DNA from: an uncultured Erysipelotrichaceae bacterium
Lineage (GTDB): Bacteria > Bacillota_I > Bacilli_A > Erysipelotrichales > Erysipelotrichaceae
NCBI GenBank assembly: GCA_942493105.1
Contig: OW818668.1
Span: 1,530,001-1,562,000 of the forward strand
Length of the DNA stretch: 32,000 bases
Reading direction: 5' to 3'
Below the pieces are notes generated by a model that made no database searches, was not told the DNA's origin, and saw only the letters and a list, made by a program, of their open reading frames with translations. The translations under genes were made by a program, and so were the position numbers. Of the stretch, positions 18,801 through 27,137 are shown piece by piece. Within the stretch, counting starts at the first letter, position 1. Every line of letters begins with the position of its first letter.

Positions 18801-18935
18801 TTGATGCCTAACTTATATGCTTTGATCAATGATCGACTAGTCAAAGGATTATTTGTTATGATAGAAGGGATCTGTGAAGAAGAAGGCAGTGTCTTCATAA
18901 AGAAAATTGATTTGTTGGATAAAATAGAAAAATAG
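15867..18935 (+). CDS. dnaE: DNA polymerase III alpha subunit, DnaE type
   Basis: N-terminal PHP region (MSTHLMVRSAYSLLQG), GPGRGSAAGSLVAYCLGIT, MPDIDTDF, FQLES, and C-terminal OB region. Start moved from 15846 to ATG 15867 because family N-termini begin M-x-x-x-H-L, and 15846 overlaps a TATAAT box. Confidence 0.9.
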   Translation: MSTHLMVRSAYSLLQGSMGIAQLVHQAKVLGFKSVALTDRLSLSGVPEFIIEAQKAGLHPIIGVELDLSYKENLLNVVCLAKNQNGYKGLIKFSSIQNTIKTPLSNTDLISTKEDIVYILPSVNPLFEPFFLKDDFNGLNECIQELANIFPFLWIGITKQESAFYQNTNQTLKRIISRGPLKSVALHQVLYALSDDEEIYRVLRAIDLQLTLNDDRLIKAPYRYMLDQIEMDTLYDPQDVLNTDVIAQQCNVILSQNKAALPRFETPSNISAAQYLTQLCLQGLSKRLGNDVTQVYKQRLKDELDVIVSMHYEDYFLIVWDFILYAKKSGIYVGPGRGSAAGSLVAYCLGITHVDPIRFNLLFERFLNPERISMPDIDTDFPDDRRDEVIRYVLAKYGQAHVAHISTFGTLAAKQVLRDVGRVLEISVREMDILSKAVPFVLKVTLKDAYETSSRFRNLIDSDLRYTKLYQLAKALEGLPRHISTHAAGVVLSGADLSDTVPLIQVEADMVSTQYTMEYLEVLGLIKMDFLGLRNLTIIDQVVKMIKNHLQIDLEILKIPLDDPKTLELVRKVDTVGIFQLESDGMKNLLRQMKTTRFDDIVATIALFRPGPMENIPTYIKAKDNASSVHYLHPDLKPIVEDTYGILIYQEQIMQVAQRMAGFTLGRADLLRKAMSKKDPEQLMRLKQEFIQGCLGKGYTQDLAEELYELVFKFANYGFNKSHSVAYATISYQMAYLKANYPTMFYAALLSSVIGSEQKTSQYLEECKAHDVRILPPSIHESTDIYELSPKGIRLPLLLIKSVGGAACREILNERSSGPFKSFHDFIARINTRRFSRTSVEALIDAGAFDDFGFNRKSLLASLDEAYQYADLVKIEGKDQTRIDLGLVMTPDILVVKEDPLEKAEREKMVLGFYLSDHPLFHIKQLYQMTSNIISLQPSKSTVKLICMVKGIKQHRTKKGDLMAFLSLSDESSECSGVLMPNLYALINDRLVKGLFVMIEGICEEEGSVFIKKIDLLDKIEK

Positions 18936-18976
18936 ATAAAGTTGAATGCAGATCAATCACAAAAGAGGTAAATCAA

Positions 18977-19639
18977 ATGTCAAGGATCCTTATCGTAGAT
19001 GATGAAATCAACATCAGAAAAGTCGTTAAAGAGTATGCCTTAGCCAACAATCATGAAGTGGATGAAGCTGAAAATGGCGCAGAAGCCATAGCAATGATCA
19101 CAGAACATGATTATGATGTGGTTGTTTTAGACATCATGATGCCTAAAATCGATGGATTCAGTGCTTGCCGTGAAATCAAAAAAATCAAAGATGTTCCCAT
19201 TATCATTCTTTCCGCAAGACAAGAAGAATACGATAAGCTTTTAGGTTTTGATTTAGGAGTCGATGATTATGTCGTCAAACCATTTAGTCCTAAAGAACTT
19301 ATGGCTAGGATCCATGTCGTGATCAGTCGGCATACCACCAGCAGTAATCAAATCATATCTTTTAGCGGTTTATCCATTGATGAAGCTGCTCGAAATGTAT
19401 ATATAGATGATGTGCGTATTAATTTGACCCCAAAAGAATTTGATTTATTGATCTATCTCATTAGAAACAAGAATATTGCCTTATCTAGAGAGGTATTGCT
19501 TGAAAAAGTATGGAATTATACATTCTTTGGAGATGATCGCACAGTGGATACGCACATAAAAATGCTTAGACACAGTTTGAAGAATTATCGTGACTTTGTG
19601 AAAACAGTCAGAGGGGTAGGCTATAAGTTTGAAATTTAA
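18977..19639 (+). CDS. OmpR-family response regulator
   Basis: Receiver domain (ILIVDDE, VVLDIMMP, KPF) plus winged-helix output (LTPKEFDLL, RGVGYKF). Confidence 0.9.
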   Translation: MSRILIVDDEINIRKVVKEYALANNHEVDEAENGAEAIAMITEHDYDVVVLDIMMPKIDGFSACREIKKIKDVPIIILSARQEEYDKLLGFDLGVDDYVVKPFSPKELMARIHVVISRHTTSSNQIISFSGLSIDEAARNVYIDDVRINLTPKEFDLLIYLIRNKNIALSREVLLEKVWNYTFFGDDRTVDTHIKMLRHSLKNYRDFVKTVRGVGYKFEI

Positions 19640-21068
19640 TTCGCATAACATACGTACCCGAACTTGGATCTATTTTATAACCCTGACTTTGGGTATTTTA
19701 GCGATGTTATGGTTATTTCAAATCGTATTGCTCAGCGCAACGTATCAAGACATGAAAGTCAATCAAGTCAAAGAGGTTGCGGATAAAGTTGAAACTGGCA
19801 TCATGCAAGATAATTTTTCAATGTCCATTCAAATTGAAGCCGTTAAAAAGAATGTCTGCGGACTCATTTATAACAGTAAGAGTGTTTTATTGTATCAAGT
19901 GGATTCATTGGGTTTAGGATGCGTTCTTAATGAATCTGCCATGGCTTCACCCACAAAGATCACTGAATACATCAATGTGTTGAAAGCTTCTGTCAATGGT
20001 GAAATGATCATTAAACTACAGAATTCAATGATCGATCAAAATATGTTGGTTTATGGAAGAGAAGTGAACAGTGATTTTGGGAATTATTATATTTTTCTAA
20101 ATACGCCTCTTGATCCCATTGATTCTACGATCACCATATTGACTGATCAATTCATCTATGTTACTTTCTTCGTCTTTATGTTGGCGACGGTTTTGGCATT
20201 TTATATAGCCCGACGTTTATCAAGTCCAATCGTATTGATGAAAAAAAGTGCCATGAGTTTAGCCAAAGGCAACTATGATGTTCATTTTGAAACTTCAGAA
20301 TTTGAAGAAATCACAGAATTGGCCAATACTTTAAATCATACAGGTCAAGAATTAAAGAAAATGGATGAATTAAGACGTGATCTTATCGCTAATGTCTCTC
20401 ATGACATCAAAACACCTTTAACGATGATCAAAGCATATGCTGAAATGATCAGAGATCTTACGGGAGACAATAAAGTTAAACGAGAAGAAAATTTAGACAT
20501 TATTTTAGGTGAAGTCGATCATTTGGATGCCTTAGTCAAAGACATGACCCAGTTATCTCAACTTCAAGCCAAAGTATTAAGTGTCAATCGAGAAGATTTT
20601 GACCTTGTAATATTAACGAATCATATCTTAAAGTTAATGGATGTTTTAATTATTGCCAATGGAGTAGAAATAGAATTTTTGACCCCTGAATCTGTCATTG
20701 TGAGTGCAGATAAAACCAAGATCCAACAGGTTATATTTAACTATTTATCCAATGCGATCAAATTTGTTGGAGAAGATAAGAAACTCATCATTCAAATCTT
20801 ACTTGAAGACAGTCATGTTCGTTTTGAAGTCATGGATCATGGAGTTGGAATCAAAGATGAAGACTTACCGCATATTTGGGACCGTTACTATAAGATTGAC
20901 AAACATCATTCACGAAATATTGGGGGAACAGGTCTAGGATTATCGATCGCCAGTGCAATATTAAAGAGCCATGGAGTCGATTATGGAGTAATCAGTCAAG
21001 TTAATCAAGGATCTACATTCTGGTTTAATTTGCCTTATCCAAAGAAATCTAAGAGTTCTCATGACTGA
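19629..21068 (+). CDS. Sensor histidine kinase (two TM helices, HAMP, HisKA, HATPase_c)
   Basis: TM helices near aa 13-35 and 175-195. H-box NVSHDIKTPLTMI. N box YLSNAIKF. G boxes DHGVGI and GGTGLGLSIA. TTG start overlaps the regulator gene's 3' end. Confidence 0.85.
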   Translation: MKFNSHNIRTRTWIYFITLTLGILAMLWLFQIVLLSATYQDMKVNQVKEVADKVETGIMQDNFSMSIQIEAVKKNVCGLIYNSKSVLLYQVDSLGLGCVLNESAMASPTKITEYINVLKASVNGEMIIKLQNSMIDQNMLVYGREVNSDFGNYYIFLNTPLDPIDSTITILTDQFIYVTFFVFMLATVLAFYIARRLSSPIVLMKKSAMSLAKGNYDVHFETSEFEEITELANTLNHTGQELKKMDELRRDLIANVSHDIKTPLTMIKAYAEMIRDLTGDNKVKREENLDIILGEVDHLDALVKDMTQLSQLQAKVLSVNREDFDLVILTNHILKLMDVLIIANGVEIEFLTPESVIVSADKTKIQQVIFNYLSNAIKFVGEDKKLIIQILLEDSHVRFEVMDHGVGIKDEDLPHIWDRYYKIDKHHSRNIGGTGLGLSIASAILKSHGVDYGVISQVNQGSTFWFNLPYPKKSKSSHD

Positions 21069-21696
21069 TTACATTCCCAATACCCATTTGAAACTGATCC
21101 AAGACGAGGACAGTTTTAAAATGACCTCAGACAGTATTCATTTATCACATTTTATGAGTATTCGTAAACATGATCGTGTTTTAGATGTGGGATGTAACAA
21201 TGGAGTTTTAAGTTTAGTTGCTGCTTTACACACGAAAAACCAAGTCATTGGGATCGACATCAATCCATCTGCGATCGATTTAGCCAAGTCTAACGCTAAA
21301 CTCAACTGTTTACTAAATCTTGAATTTAATCACATCAGACTGCAGGATTATAGTGGTGAAGCGTTTGATGTGTTGGTATGCAATCCTCCTTATTTCAAAA
21401 AAGAAGGCACTAAAAGCTTGCAACAAGCTCAAGCACGCTTTGATTTAGAGTTATCTCTAAAAGATTTAGCATTTCATAGCAATAGGTTGTTGAAGGATAA
21501 GGGAAGATTGGTTATAATCATACCTGTTGAACGTTTTTATGATTGGCTGATTCTAGCTCATGAGACTAAATTTACAGTTAAACGCTGTCAATTCATACAT
21601 CATGATCAAGATCATCAAGCCAATACAGTTTGTGTTGAAACTGTTAAAAACGGGAAGGGAACCATGAAGATAGAAGCTCCAATCTTCAATCGGTAA
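21061..21696 (+). CDS. SAM-dependent NPPY methyltransferase, TrmN6/YfiC-like (tRNA adenine-N6 methyltransferase family)
   Basis: Motif I VLDVGCNNGVLSL, motif IV CNPPYF, and a downstream ARFD (family ARHE-like) segment. The start overlaps the kinase gene's end. Confidence 0.7.
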   Translation: MTDYIPNTHLKLIQDEDSFKMTSDSIHLSHFMSIRKHDRVLDVGCNNGVLSLVAALHTKNQVIGIDINPSAIDLAKSNAKLNCLLNLEFNHIRLQDYSGEAFDVLVCNPPYFKKEGTKSLQQAQARFDLELSLKDLAFHSNRLLKDKGRLVIIIPVERFYDWLILAHETKFTVKRCQFIHHDQDHQANTVCVETVKNGKGTMKIEAPIFNR

Positions 21697-21699
21697 AGT

Positions 21700-22419
21700 A
21701 TGAACGGAACAATAGTCAATGGTATCGCGATTATGCTGGGTGGATTTATAGGACTCTTTTTACAAAAGAGTGTTTTTAAAACGATCAGTGATAAGATCAT
21801 GATGGCTATCGGATTGATCATTATCGTCTTGGGATTAAAAGGGGTCATCAACTATGGCAATCAGGTTTCTACAGATCTCTTGATTTTGATCGTCTCTGTC
21901 GCATTTGGAACCTTTTTAGGGGAAATATGGGATCTTGATGGTCATATCAATCGTTTTGGAATGGCGATTGAACGTAAATATGCGAAAGGTTCTAATGGAA
22001 AATTCGCTCAAGGTTTAGTTTCCGCAAGCTTATTGTTTGCGGTAGGTGCCATGGCGATCATCGGTTCTATGGAATCAGGTCTTAATCATAATGAAACGAC
22101 CTTATATGCGAAATCCTTATTGGACTTTATATCTTCTATCATCTTTGCCTCTACATTTGGGATCGGTGTTATCTTTTCTGCAGTCCCGGTTGTTTTATAT
22201 CAAGGAACGTTAACGATCTTATCTGTTTTCATTCAACCATTACTTATGGAAATTCCTAGTTTATTGTCAGATTTATCGGCTGTTGGTTCGATTTGTATCA
22301 TGGCCCTTGGTTTCAATATGATCGGTTCTACTAAGTTTAAAGTAGCCAATTTATTGCCTGCTTTACTGATTCCTGTTGTGATTCGTGGTCTGTACTATTT
22401 CATTGACGTATTGATGTAG
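21700..22419 (+). CDS. DUF554 (YqgA/YdfK-like) integral membrane protein
   Basis: N-terminal MNGTIVNGIAIMLGGFIG is characteristic of the family. About 7 hydrophobic helices in 239 aa. Confidence 0.7.
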   Translation: MNGTIVNGIAIMLGGFIGLFLQKSVFKTISDKIMMAIGLIIIVLGLKGVINYGNQVSTDLLILIVSVAFGTFLGEIWDLDGHINRFGMAIERKYAKGSNGKFAQGLVSASLLFAVGAMAIIGSMESGLNHNETTLYAKSLLDFISSIIFASTFGIGVIFSAVPVVLYQGTLTILSVFIQPLLMEIPSLLSDLSAVGSICIMALGFNMIGSTKFKVANLLPALLIPVVIRGLYYFIDVLM

Positions 22420-22431
22420 ATATGCTAAACT
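22403..22431 (+). promoter_or_regulatory. Sigma-A type promoter of the rplU operon
   Basis: -35 TTGACG (22403-22408), 17-bp spacer ending in TGC, -10 TAAACT (22426-22431) with an extended TG. Confidence 0.6.
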
Positions 22432-22437
22432 AACTAC

Positions 22438-22530
22438 GTTGTTATCCCTTTTTTGGGATGCAACCGCATGATAAGGGTCTAAGTGTACTTAAGTACCACC
22501 CGATTTAGCGAGTCTCACACCAAAAAAAGG
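22438..22530 (+). ncRNA. Candidate ribosomal-protein L21 leader (cis-regulatory 5' UTR of rplU-prp-rpmA)
   Basis: A roughly 100-nt untranslated leader between the promoter and the rplU SD. It has an imperfect hairpin GTTG(T)TATCCC-TTTTTT-GGGATGCAAC and a second GTAC-TTAA-GTAC hairpin. This is the position where Firmicutes carry the L21 leader. No covariance model was run. Confidence 0.45.
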
Positions 22531-22539
22531 AGGAACATT

Positions 22540-22851
22540 ATGTACGCAGTTATCGAAACTGGCGGAAAACAACTCAAAGTAGAAATCGGTATGCCGATCT
22601 ATGTTGAGAAGTTGGATGTCGTATCTGGCGATGTCGTTACATTTGACAAGGTGCTTGTTGTCTCAGACAAAACCACCAAAGTAGGAACACCCTATGTCAA
22701 AGGGGCTACAGTAACCGCTAAAGTTGAAAAACAAGGCAAAGCCAAGAAAATCATCATCATCAAGTACAAACCTAAAAAAGGTTCGACCCGTCGTAAACAA
22801 GGTCACCGTCAACCGTATACAAAGTTGATCATTGAAACCATCGAAGGTTAA
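22540..22851 (+). CDS. rplU: 50S ribosomal protein L21
   Basis: [14 protein letters not shown] canonical N-terminus, with AGGAGG SD upstream of the ATG at 22540. The 19-codon upstream extension in the ORF track is leader sequence. Confidence 0.95.
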   Translation: MYAVIETGGKQLKVEIGMPIYVEKLDVVSGDVVTFDKVLVVSDKTTKVGTPYVKGATVTAKVEKQGKAKKIIIIKYKPKKGSTRRKQGHRQPYTKLIIETIEG

Positions 22852-22854
22852 TCT

Positions 22855-23181
22855 ATGATCAAGATCTCTGTTTCGTTTAAAGATGAACATATCGTCAGAA
22901 TGACTGTTACAGGTCACGCACAGTCCGCTCATAAGGGAGAAGACCTTGTGTGTGCTTCAGTCAGCAGTATTACCACGGGCGCTTTAAATGCCTTGGATAT
23001 TCTGGTCCATGATGCATGTGAACTCAAATTAACGAAAGGGAATGATCCTGTCATTGACATCATTGTCAAAGAAGGAAAGAATAAAGATGTTCAACATATC
23101 CTCAAAGCTGTGTTGATCCAATTGAAGACCCTTGAAGAAACTCAAGGCAAGTACGTACACATACAGGAGGTGCAATTATGA
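22855..23181 (+). CDS. prp: Ribosomal-processing cysteine protease Prp (YsxB family)
   Basis: Located between rplU and rpmA. Has the VTGHA histidine and LVCASVSS cysteine dyad motifs. Confidence 0.9.
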   Translation: MIKISVSFKDEHIVRMTVTGHAQSAHKGEDLVCASVSSITTGALNALDILVHDACELKLTKGNDPVIDIIVKEGKNKDVQHILKAVLIQLKTLEETQGKYVHIQEVQL

Positions 23182-23462
23182 AATTCATCTTAAATATTCA
23201 GCTCTTCGCTTCTAAAAAAGGGGTAGGTTCTACCCGTAACGGCCGTGACTCAGCATCTAAACGTCTCGGAGCCAAATTAGCGGATGGCCAATATGCAAGC
23301 GCCGGTTCTATCATTTATCGTCAAAGAGGGACAAAAATCCATCCGGGTACAAACGTTGGCAGAGGCAAGGATGATACCTTGTTTGCCACCATTTCCGGCG
23401 TGGTCAAATTTGAACGCTTAGGAAAAGTCAGAACCAAAGTTTCCGTCTACCCACAAGCATAA
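23178..23462 (+). CDS. rpmA: 50S ribosomal protein L27 with a cleavable N-terminal extension
   Basis: [25 protein letters not shown]: the Prp cleavage motif precedes the conserved mature N-terminus. Confidence 0.95.
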   Translation: MKFILNIQLFASKKGVGSTRNGRDSASKRLGAKLADGQYASAGSIIYRQRGTKIHPGTNVGRGKDDTLFATISGVVKFERLGKVRTKVSVYPQA

Positions 23463-23484
23463 AAATCCCTTACGGGATTTTTTT
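23463..23484 (+). terminator. Rho-independent terminator/attenuator after rpmA
   Basis: AAATCCC / GGGATTT 7-bp stem, loop TTAC, then a T-run. The obg SD and ATG follow within about 12 nt. Confidence 0.7.
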
Positions 23485-23495
23485 AAAGGAAAAAA

Positions 23496-24767
23496 ATGTT
23501 TATAGATCGCGTAAAAATAAAAGTTAAAGCAGGAACAGGCGGTAATGGGATGACCTCATTTCGTCGTGAAAAGTATGAGCCTCTAGGTGGACCTTATGGA
23601 GGAGACGGAGGAGATGGTGGAAGCATCGTTTTTGAAGTCGATACCAATAAATCCACGCTTTTAGACTTGCGATTCAATAAACTGATTGAAGCACCAAGCG
23701 GTGGCAATGGCTCCAACAAGAAGTTTCATGGGGCACAAGGTCAAGATTATATTGTAAGAGTCCCATTGGGAACCATCATCAAAGACATTAAAAATGATGT
23801 GATCATCGCTGATTTGGTACGTATCGATCAAAAAGTCGTTGTAGCACAAGGTGGAAGAGGCGGACGAGGTAATTTCCACTTCAAGACCAGTCGTAATCCA
23901 GCCCCTGATTATTGTGAAAAGGGTGAACCTGGTGAAGAAAAAGAATTGTCACTGGAACTCAAACTCTTAGCCGATGCTGGTTTGATTGGATATCCTTCAG
24001 TAGGCAAGTCAACTTTCTTGTCTGTAGTTTCAAAAGCAACACCAGAAATAGCAGCTTATCCGTTTACGACCTTGGTTCCAAATCTAGGTGTTGTGCAAGT
24101 CTCTGAAGGCGATTCGTTTGTTTTAGCAGATCTACCAGGATTAATTGAAGGCGCTCATCAAGGTAAAGGTTTAGGCCATATGTTTTTGCGTCATATTGAA
24201 CGATGCCGAGTTTTGATCCACATCATCGATATGGGAGCTGAAGACGGAAGAGATCCACTCAATGATTATCAGGTCATCAACGAAGAACTCAAGCAGTATC
24301 AGCTTCGTTTGACTGAAAGGCCTCAAGTTGTGGTCGCCAATAAAATGGACCTCCCTGCAGCCAAAGCAAATCTAAAAAGATTCAAGAAAGCCTATCCTGA
24401 TTTACAAGTCTATGAAACGGTTACACTTATCCAAGAAGGTGTCCAACCAGTATTATACGAAGTGTCCAAGTTACTTAAAGCCACTCCAGAGTTCATTTTA
24501 AATGAAACACAAAGGGATGAAATGGTCTATAAGTTTGTGGAACAAGTTCCATTTACCATCCAAAAAATGGATGATCATACCTGGATCTTAAAAGGCGATG
24601 ACCTTGAAAGAGCCTTTGCCATGTCAGACATCAAATCCGATGCAGGATCTATTAGATTCGCTCGACGCTTGAAACTACTAGGAGTCGATGTTGCTTTGCG
24701 TAAAGCAGGAGCAAAAGATGGAGATTTGGTCTACATCAAAGACTTACAATTTGTGTATCTCGACTAA
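23496..24767 (+). CDS. obg: GTPase Obg/CgtA
   Basis: Glycine-rich Obg fold (GGNGMTSFRREK, GGDGGDGGS, GGRGGRGN). G motifs GYPSVGKST, DLPGLIEGA, NKMD. C-terminal OCT domain. Confidence 0.95.
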   Translation: MFIDRVKIKVKAGTGGNGMTSFRREKYEPLGGPYGGDGGDGGSIVFEVDTNKSTLLDLRFNKLIEAPSGGNGSNKKFHGAQGQDYIVRVPLGTIIKDIKNDVIIADLVRIDQKVVVAQGGRGGRGNFHFKTSRNPAPDYCEKGEPGEEKELSLELKLLADAGLIGYPSVGKSTFLSVVSKATPEIAAYPFTTLVPNLGVVQVSEGDSFVLADLPGLIEGAHQGKGLGHMFLRHIERCRVLIHIIDMGAEDGRDPLNDYQVINEELKQYQLRLTERPQVVVANKMDLPAAKANLKRFKKAYPDLQVYETVTLIQEGVQPVLYEVSKLLKATPEFILNETQRDEMVYKFVEQVPFTIQKMDDHTWILKGDDLERAFAMSDIKSDAGSIRFARRLKLLGVDVALRKAGAKDGDLVYIKDLQFVYLD

Positions 24768-24790
24768 CTCTGAGTAAAATCAGAGTTTTT
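24767..24790 (+). terminator. Rho-independent terminator after obg
   Basis: ACTCTGA / TCAGAGT 7-bp stem, 6-nt loop, followed by TTTTT. Confidence 0.75.
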
Positions 24791-24795
24791 AATTG

Positions 24796-24804
24796 TGTTA
24801 TAAT
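24796..24804 (+). promoter_or_regulatory. Extended -10 promoter element (TGTTATAAT) of ruvAB
   Basis: TG-n-TATAAT ends 6 nt before the ruvA ATG at 24811. No SD sequence lies in between. Confidence 0.6.
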
Positions 24805-24810
24805 GTTGAC

Positions 24811-25386
24811 ATGATTGCATTCATCAAAGGAACTATTTATAGCATCAATCCTGATTTCATCACCATTGATGTTTATGGGATTGGATATAAGGTGTATTTT
24901 AACCATCCTGAGAAAGTTCATTTAAATGAGCCAGTTTTTTTATATACATATCACCAAATCAGAGAAGATGACCAAAGCCTATATGGATTTTTAGAATCCA
25001 GAGAACTTGATCTATTTGAAAAACTGATCAGTGTCAAAGGTTTAGGCTGTAAAACAGCCAATTCGATGTTGACCTTTTCATCCTATGATCGTTTGGTCAT
25101 GGCCATTGAACAAGCTGATGTGGCAGCTCTCAAACAAAATCCAGGCATCGGTGCCAAAACTGCTTCGCAAATTGTATTAGACCTTAAAGGAAAACTCGTT
25201 TCGATTGCCAATAAAGAAGTAGGCATCAATGATAAAATCAAGGATGCACTAGAAGGTCTTAAAGCATTGGGTTATAAAAATGCTGAACTTCAAGGTATTT
25301 TAAAAGAACTAAATACTCAACAAAATTTAGAAACTGAAGACTATATGCGTCAAGCATTACAGCTTTTGGCTCGAAAAGGTAAATAA
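24811..25386 (+). CDS. ruvA: Holliday junction branch-migration complex subunit RuvA
   Basis: MIAFIKGTI canonical N-terminus, two HhH motifs (VKGLGCKTA, NPGIGAKTA), C-terminal domain III. The track's TTG start at 24793 overlaps the -10 box. Confidence 0.9.
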   Translation: MIAFIKGTIYSINPDFITIDVYGIGYKVYFNHPEKVHLNEPVFLYTYHQIREDDQSLYGFLESRELDLFEKLISVKGLGCKTANSMLTFSSYDRLVMAIEQADVAALKQNPGIGAKTASQIVLDLKGKLVSIANKEVGINDKIKDALEGLKALGYKNAELQGILKELNTQQNLETEDYMRQALQLLARKGK

Positions 25387-26391
25387 ATGGAAAGAATCAT
25401 CTCAGCTGAAATCGAACCCGAAGAAGAGGAATTAAGTTTAAGACCGTCAACTTTGGATGAATATGTTGGCCAAACTCACATCAAAGAGAATTTGAAAGTG
25501 TTTATACAAGCCGCCAATCAAAGACATGAGGCTTTGGATCATGTCCTTTTATATGGTCCTCCTGGTTTAGGCAAAACAACATTGGCTCATATCTTAGCGA
25601 CTGAACTTCATTCACACATTAAGATCACCAGTGGACCATCCATTGAACGCAGTGGTGATTTGGCTGCTATTTTAAGCACTTTAGAGGCAGGTGATGTCTT
25701 GTTTATTGATGAGATCCATCGCTTACCAAAAGTTGTAGAGGAAGTCTTATATCCAGCTATGGAAGACTATGTGATCGACATCATCGTAGGTAAAGAAGCA
25801 TCTGTTCGATCGATTCGTTTGGATCTTCCACCCTTTACTCTGGTTGGTGCAACAACAAGGGCAGGCGATTTAACAGCTCCTTTGCGCGATCGTTTTGGGA
25901 TCGTATCTAAATTGGATTATTACAGTATCGATGAATTGGCTCAAATCATTCGTCGAACTTCTCGTGTACTACAATCTCCGATCGAAGAAGGTGCGGTTCA
26001 AGAGTTGGCTCAAAGAAGCAGAGGAACACCAAGAGTCGCTAATCGCTTGTTTAGAAGAGTTCGTGATTTTGCCCAAGTGCATCACCAAGGTACCATCACA
26101 TTAGATATTGCGAAAAGTTCTCTCGATAAACTAAAAGTCGATGTTTTAGGTTTAGATGAAGTTGATTTACGTTATTTAAGAGGCATCATTGAAAGATTTA
26201 AAGGCGGACCTGTTGGTTTAGAAGCTTTAGCCAGTTCGATTCAAGAAGAAACAATGACCTTAGAAGATGTCTATGAACCCTATTTACTTCAAATTGGTTT
26301 TATCAATCGTACTCCTCGCGGTCGTGTCGTTACTGAAAAAGCCTATAAACATTTAGGCATTTTCCATCAAGATACACTTTTTGATAAATAG
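25387..26391 (+). CDS. ruvB: Holliday junction ATP-dependent DNA helicase RuvB
   Basis: [12 protein letters not shown], Walker [10 protein letters not shown], Walker B LFIDEIH, sensor and arginine-finger regions, winged-helix C-terminus. Confidence 0.95.
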   Translation: MERIISAEIEPEEEELSLRPSTLDEYVGQTHIKENLKVFIQAANQRHEALDHVLLYGPPGLGKTTLAHILATELHSHIKITSGPSIERSGDLAAILSTLEAGDVLFIDEIHRLPKVVEEVLYPAMEDYVIDIIVGKEASVRSIRLDLPPFTLVGATTRAGDLTAPLRDRFGIVSKLDYYSIDELAQIIRRTSRVLQSPIEEGAVQELAQRSRGTPRVANRLFRRVRDFAQVHHQGTITLDIAKSSLDKLKVDVLGLDEVDLRYLRGIIERFKGGPVGLEALASSIQEETMTLEDVYEPYLLQIGFINRTPRGRVVTEKAYKHLGIFHQDTLFDK

Positions 26392-26399
26392 TTGAATGA

Positions 26400-27068
26400 T
26401 CAGATGTTTTTCTTAAAAATGATTTTAGCCAAATCTTCCACATTTTCTAAATAAATTAGGGAAGATTTTTTCATATCGTTTTGAATCTTCTCATTTCGAT
26501 GAGCCCAAGCTGCACAAACAAATTCAACATTTAGTTTTTCAGCCATTTCTTTTCCTAAACGCATATCATCTACAACTAGGCAATCTTCTGGTTTTAAGTT
26601 TAAAAGTTCTAAAGTTTGAGCCAAAGGAAAAACATTTGGTTTACGTTGGTCAGAACCCAGTTCCCATCCAAATATCAAATCAGGCTCAAAGCCAAAATGA
26701 GTCATGTAGTCTCTTTTGATTTCTGAACTTTCAGAATGTGAAACAACGACTATTTTTCCACCCATCGAAACATATTTCTTTAGAATCTCAGTTATCCCAT
26801 CAAAGGGCTGGGGAATGGTTTTCTTTGTGTATGATTTCCATATCTCATATTCGATCTTTAATTCTTGATCATCAAAATGATAGATGTCATCACAGATCTT
26901 CTCAAAGCCATGTATATGACACATTTCAATGAATTCATCGAAAGATAGATCCTTTTTATCAGGTCTAAGTGCCGTTAAAGTTTCAATGAAAGCTGGATAA
27001 TGAACAGATCTGGTTGAGTCAAAGATGGTATCATCATGATCCAACACGAGGCATTTGTAGTTTATCAT
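26400..27068 (-). CDS. HAD-superfamily hydrolase (phosphatase, subfamily IA-like)
   Basis: Motif I LVLDHDDTIFDS (DxDxT), motif II VVSHS, motif IV VVDDMRLG. Confidence 0.7.
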   Translation of the reverse strand: MINYKCLVLDHDDTIFDSTRSVHYPAFIETLTALRPDKKDLSFDEFIEMCHIHGFEKICDDIYHFDDQELKIEYEIWKSYTKKTIPQPFDGITEILKKYVSMGGKIVVVSHSESSEIKRDYMTHFGFEPDLIFGWELGSDQRKPNVFPLAQTLELLNLKPEDCLVVDDMRLGKEMAEKLNVEFVCAAWAHRNEKIQNDMKKSSLIYLENVEDLAKIIFKKNI

Positions 27069-27111
27069 AGGACTATTGTATCATTTAGCCCTCGAAGTTT
27101 GCGGTCATTTT

Positions 27112-27120
27112 TGATATAAT
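27112..27120 (+). promoter_or_regulatory. Extended -10 promoter element (TGATATAAT) upstream of murG
   Basis: TG-n-TATAAT lies 17 nt before the ATG, with a GGAG SD in between. Confidence 0.5.
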
Positions 27121-27137
27121 CACTGCAGGAGATCTCT

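Noticed and set aside
22483-22539. N-terminal extension of rplU in the ORF track ([19 protein letters not shown]).
   Set aside because: It has no SD and covers the structured leader. The canonical L21 N-terminus with a perfect AGGAGG SD starts at 22540.
26392-26399. Only 8 nt separate the convergent ruvB and HAD hydrolase stops, with no terminator hairpin.
   Set aside because: The observation is real, but the stretch is too short to carry a feature. It is noted only as genome compaction, like the rseP/hydrolase overlap.
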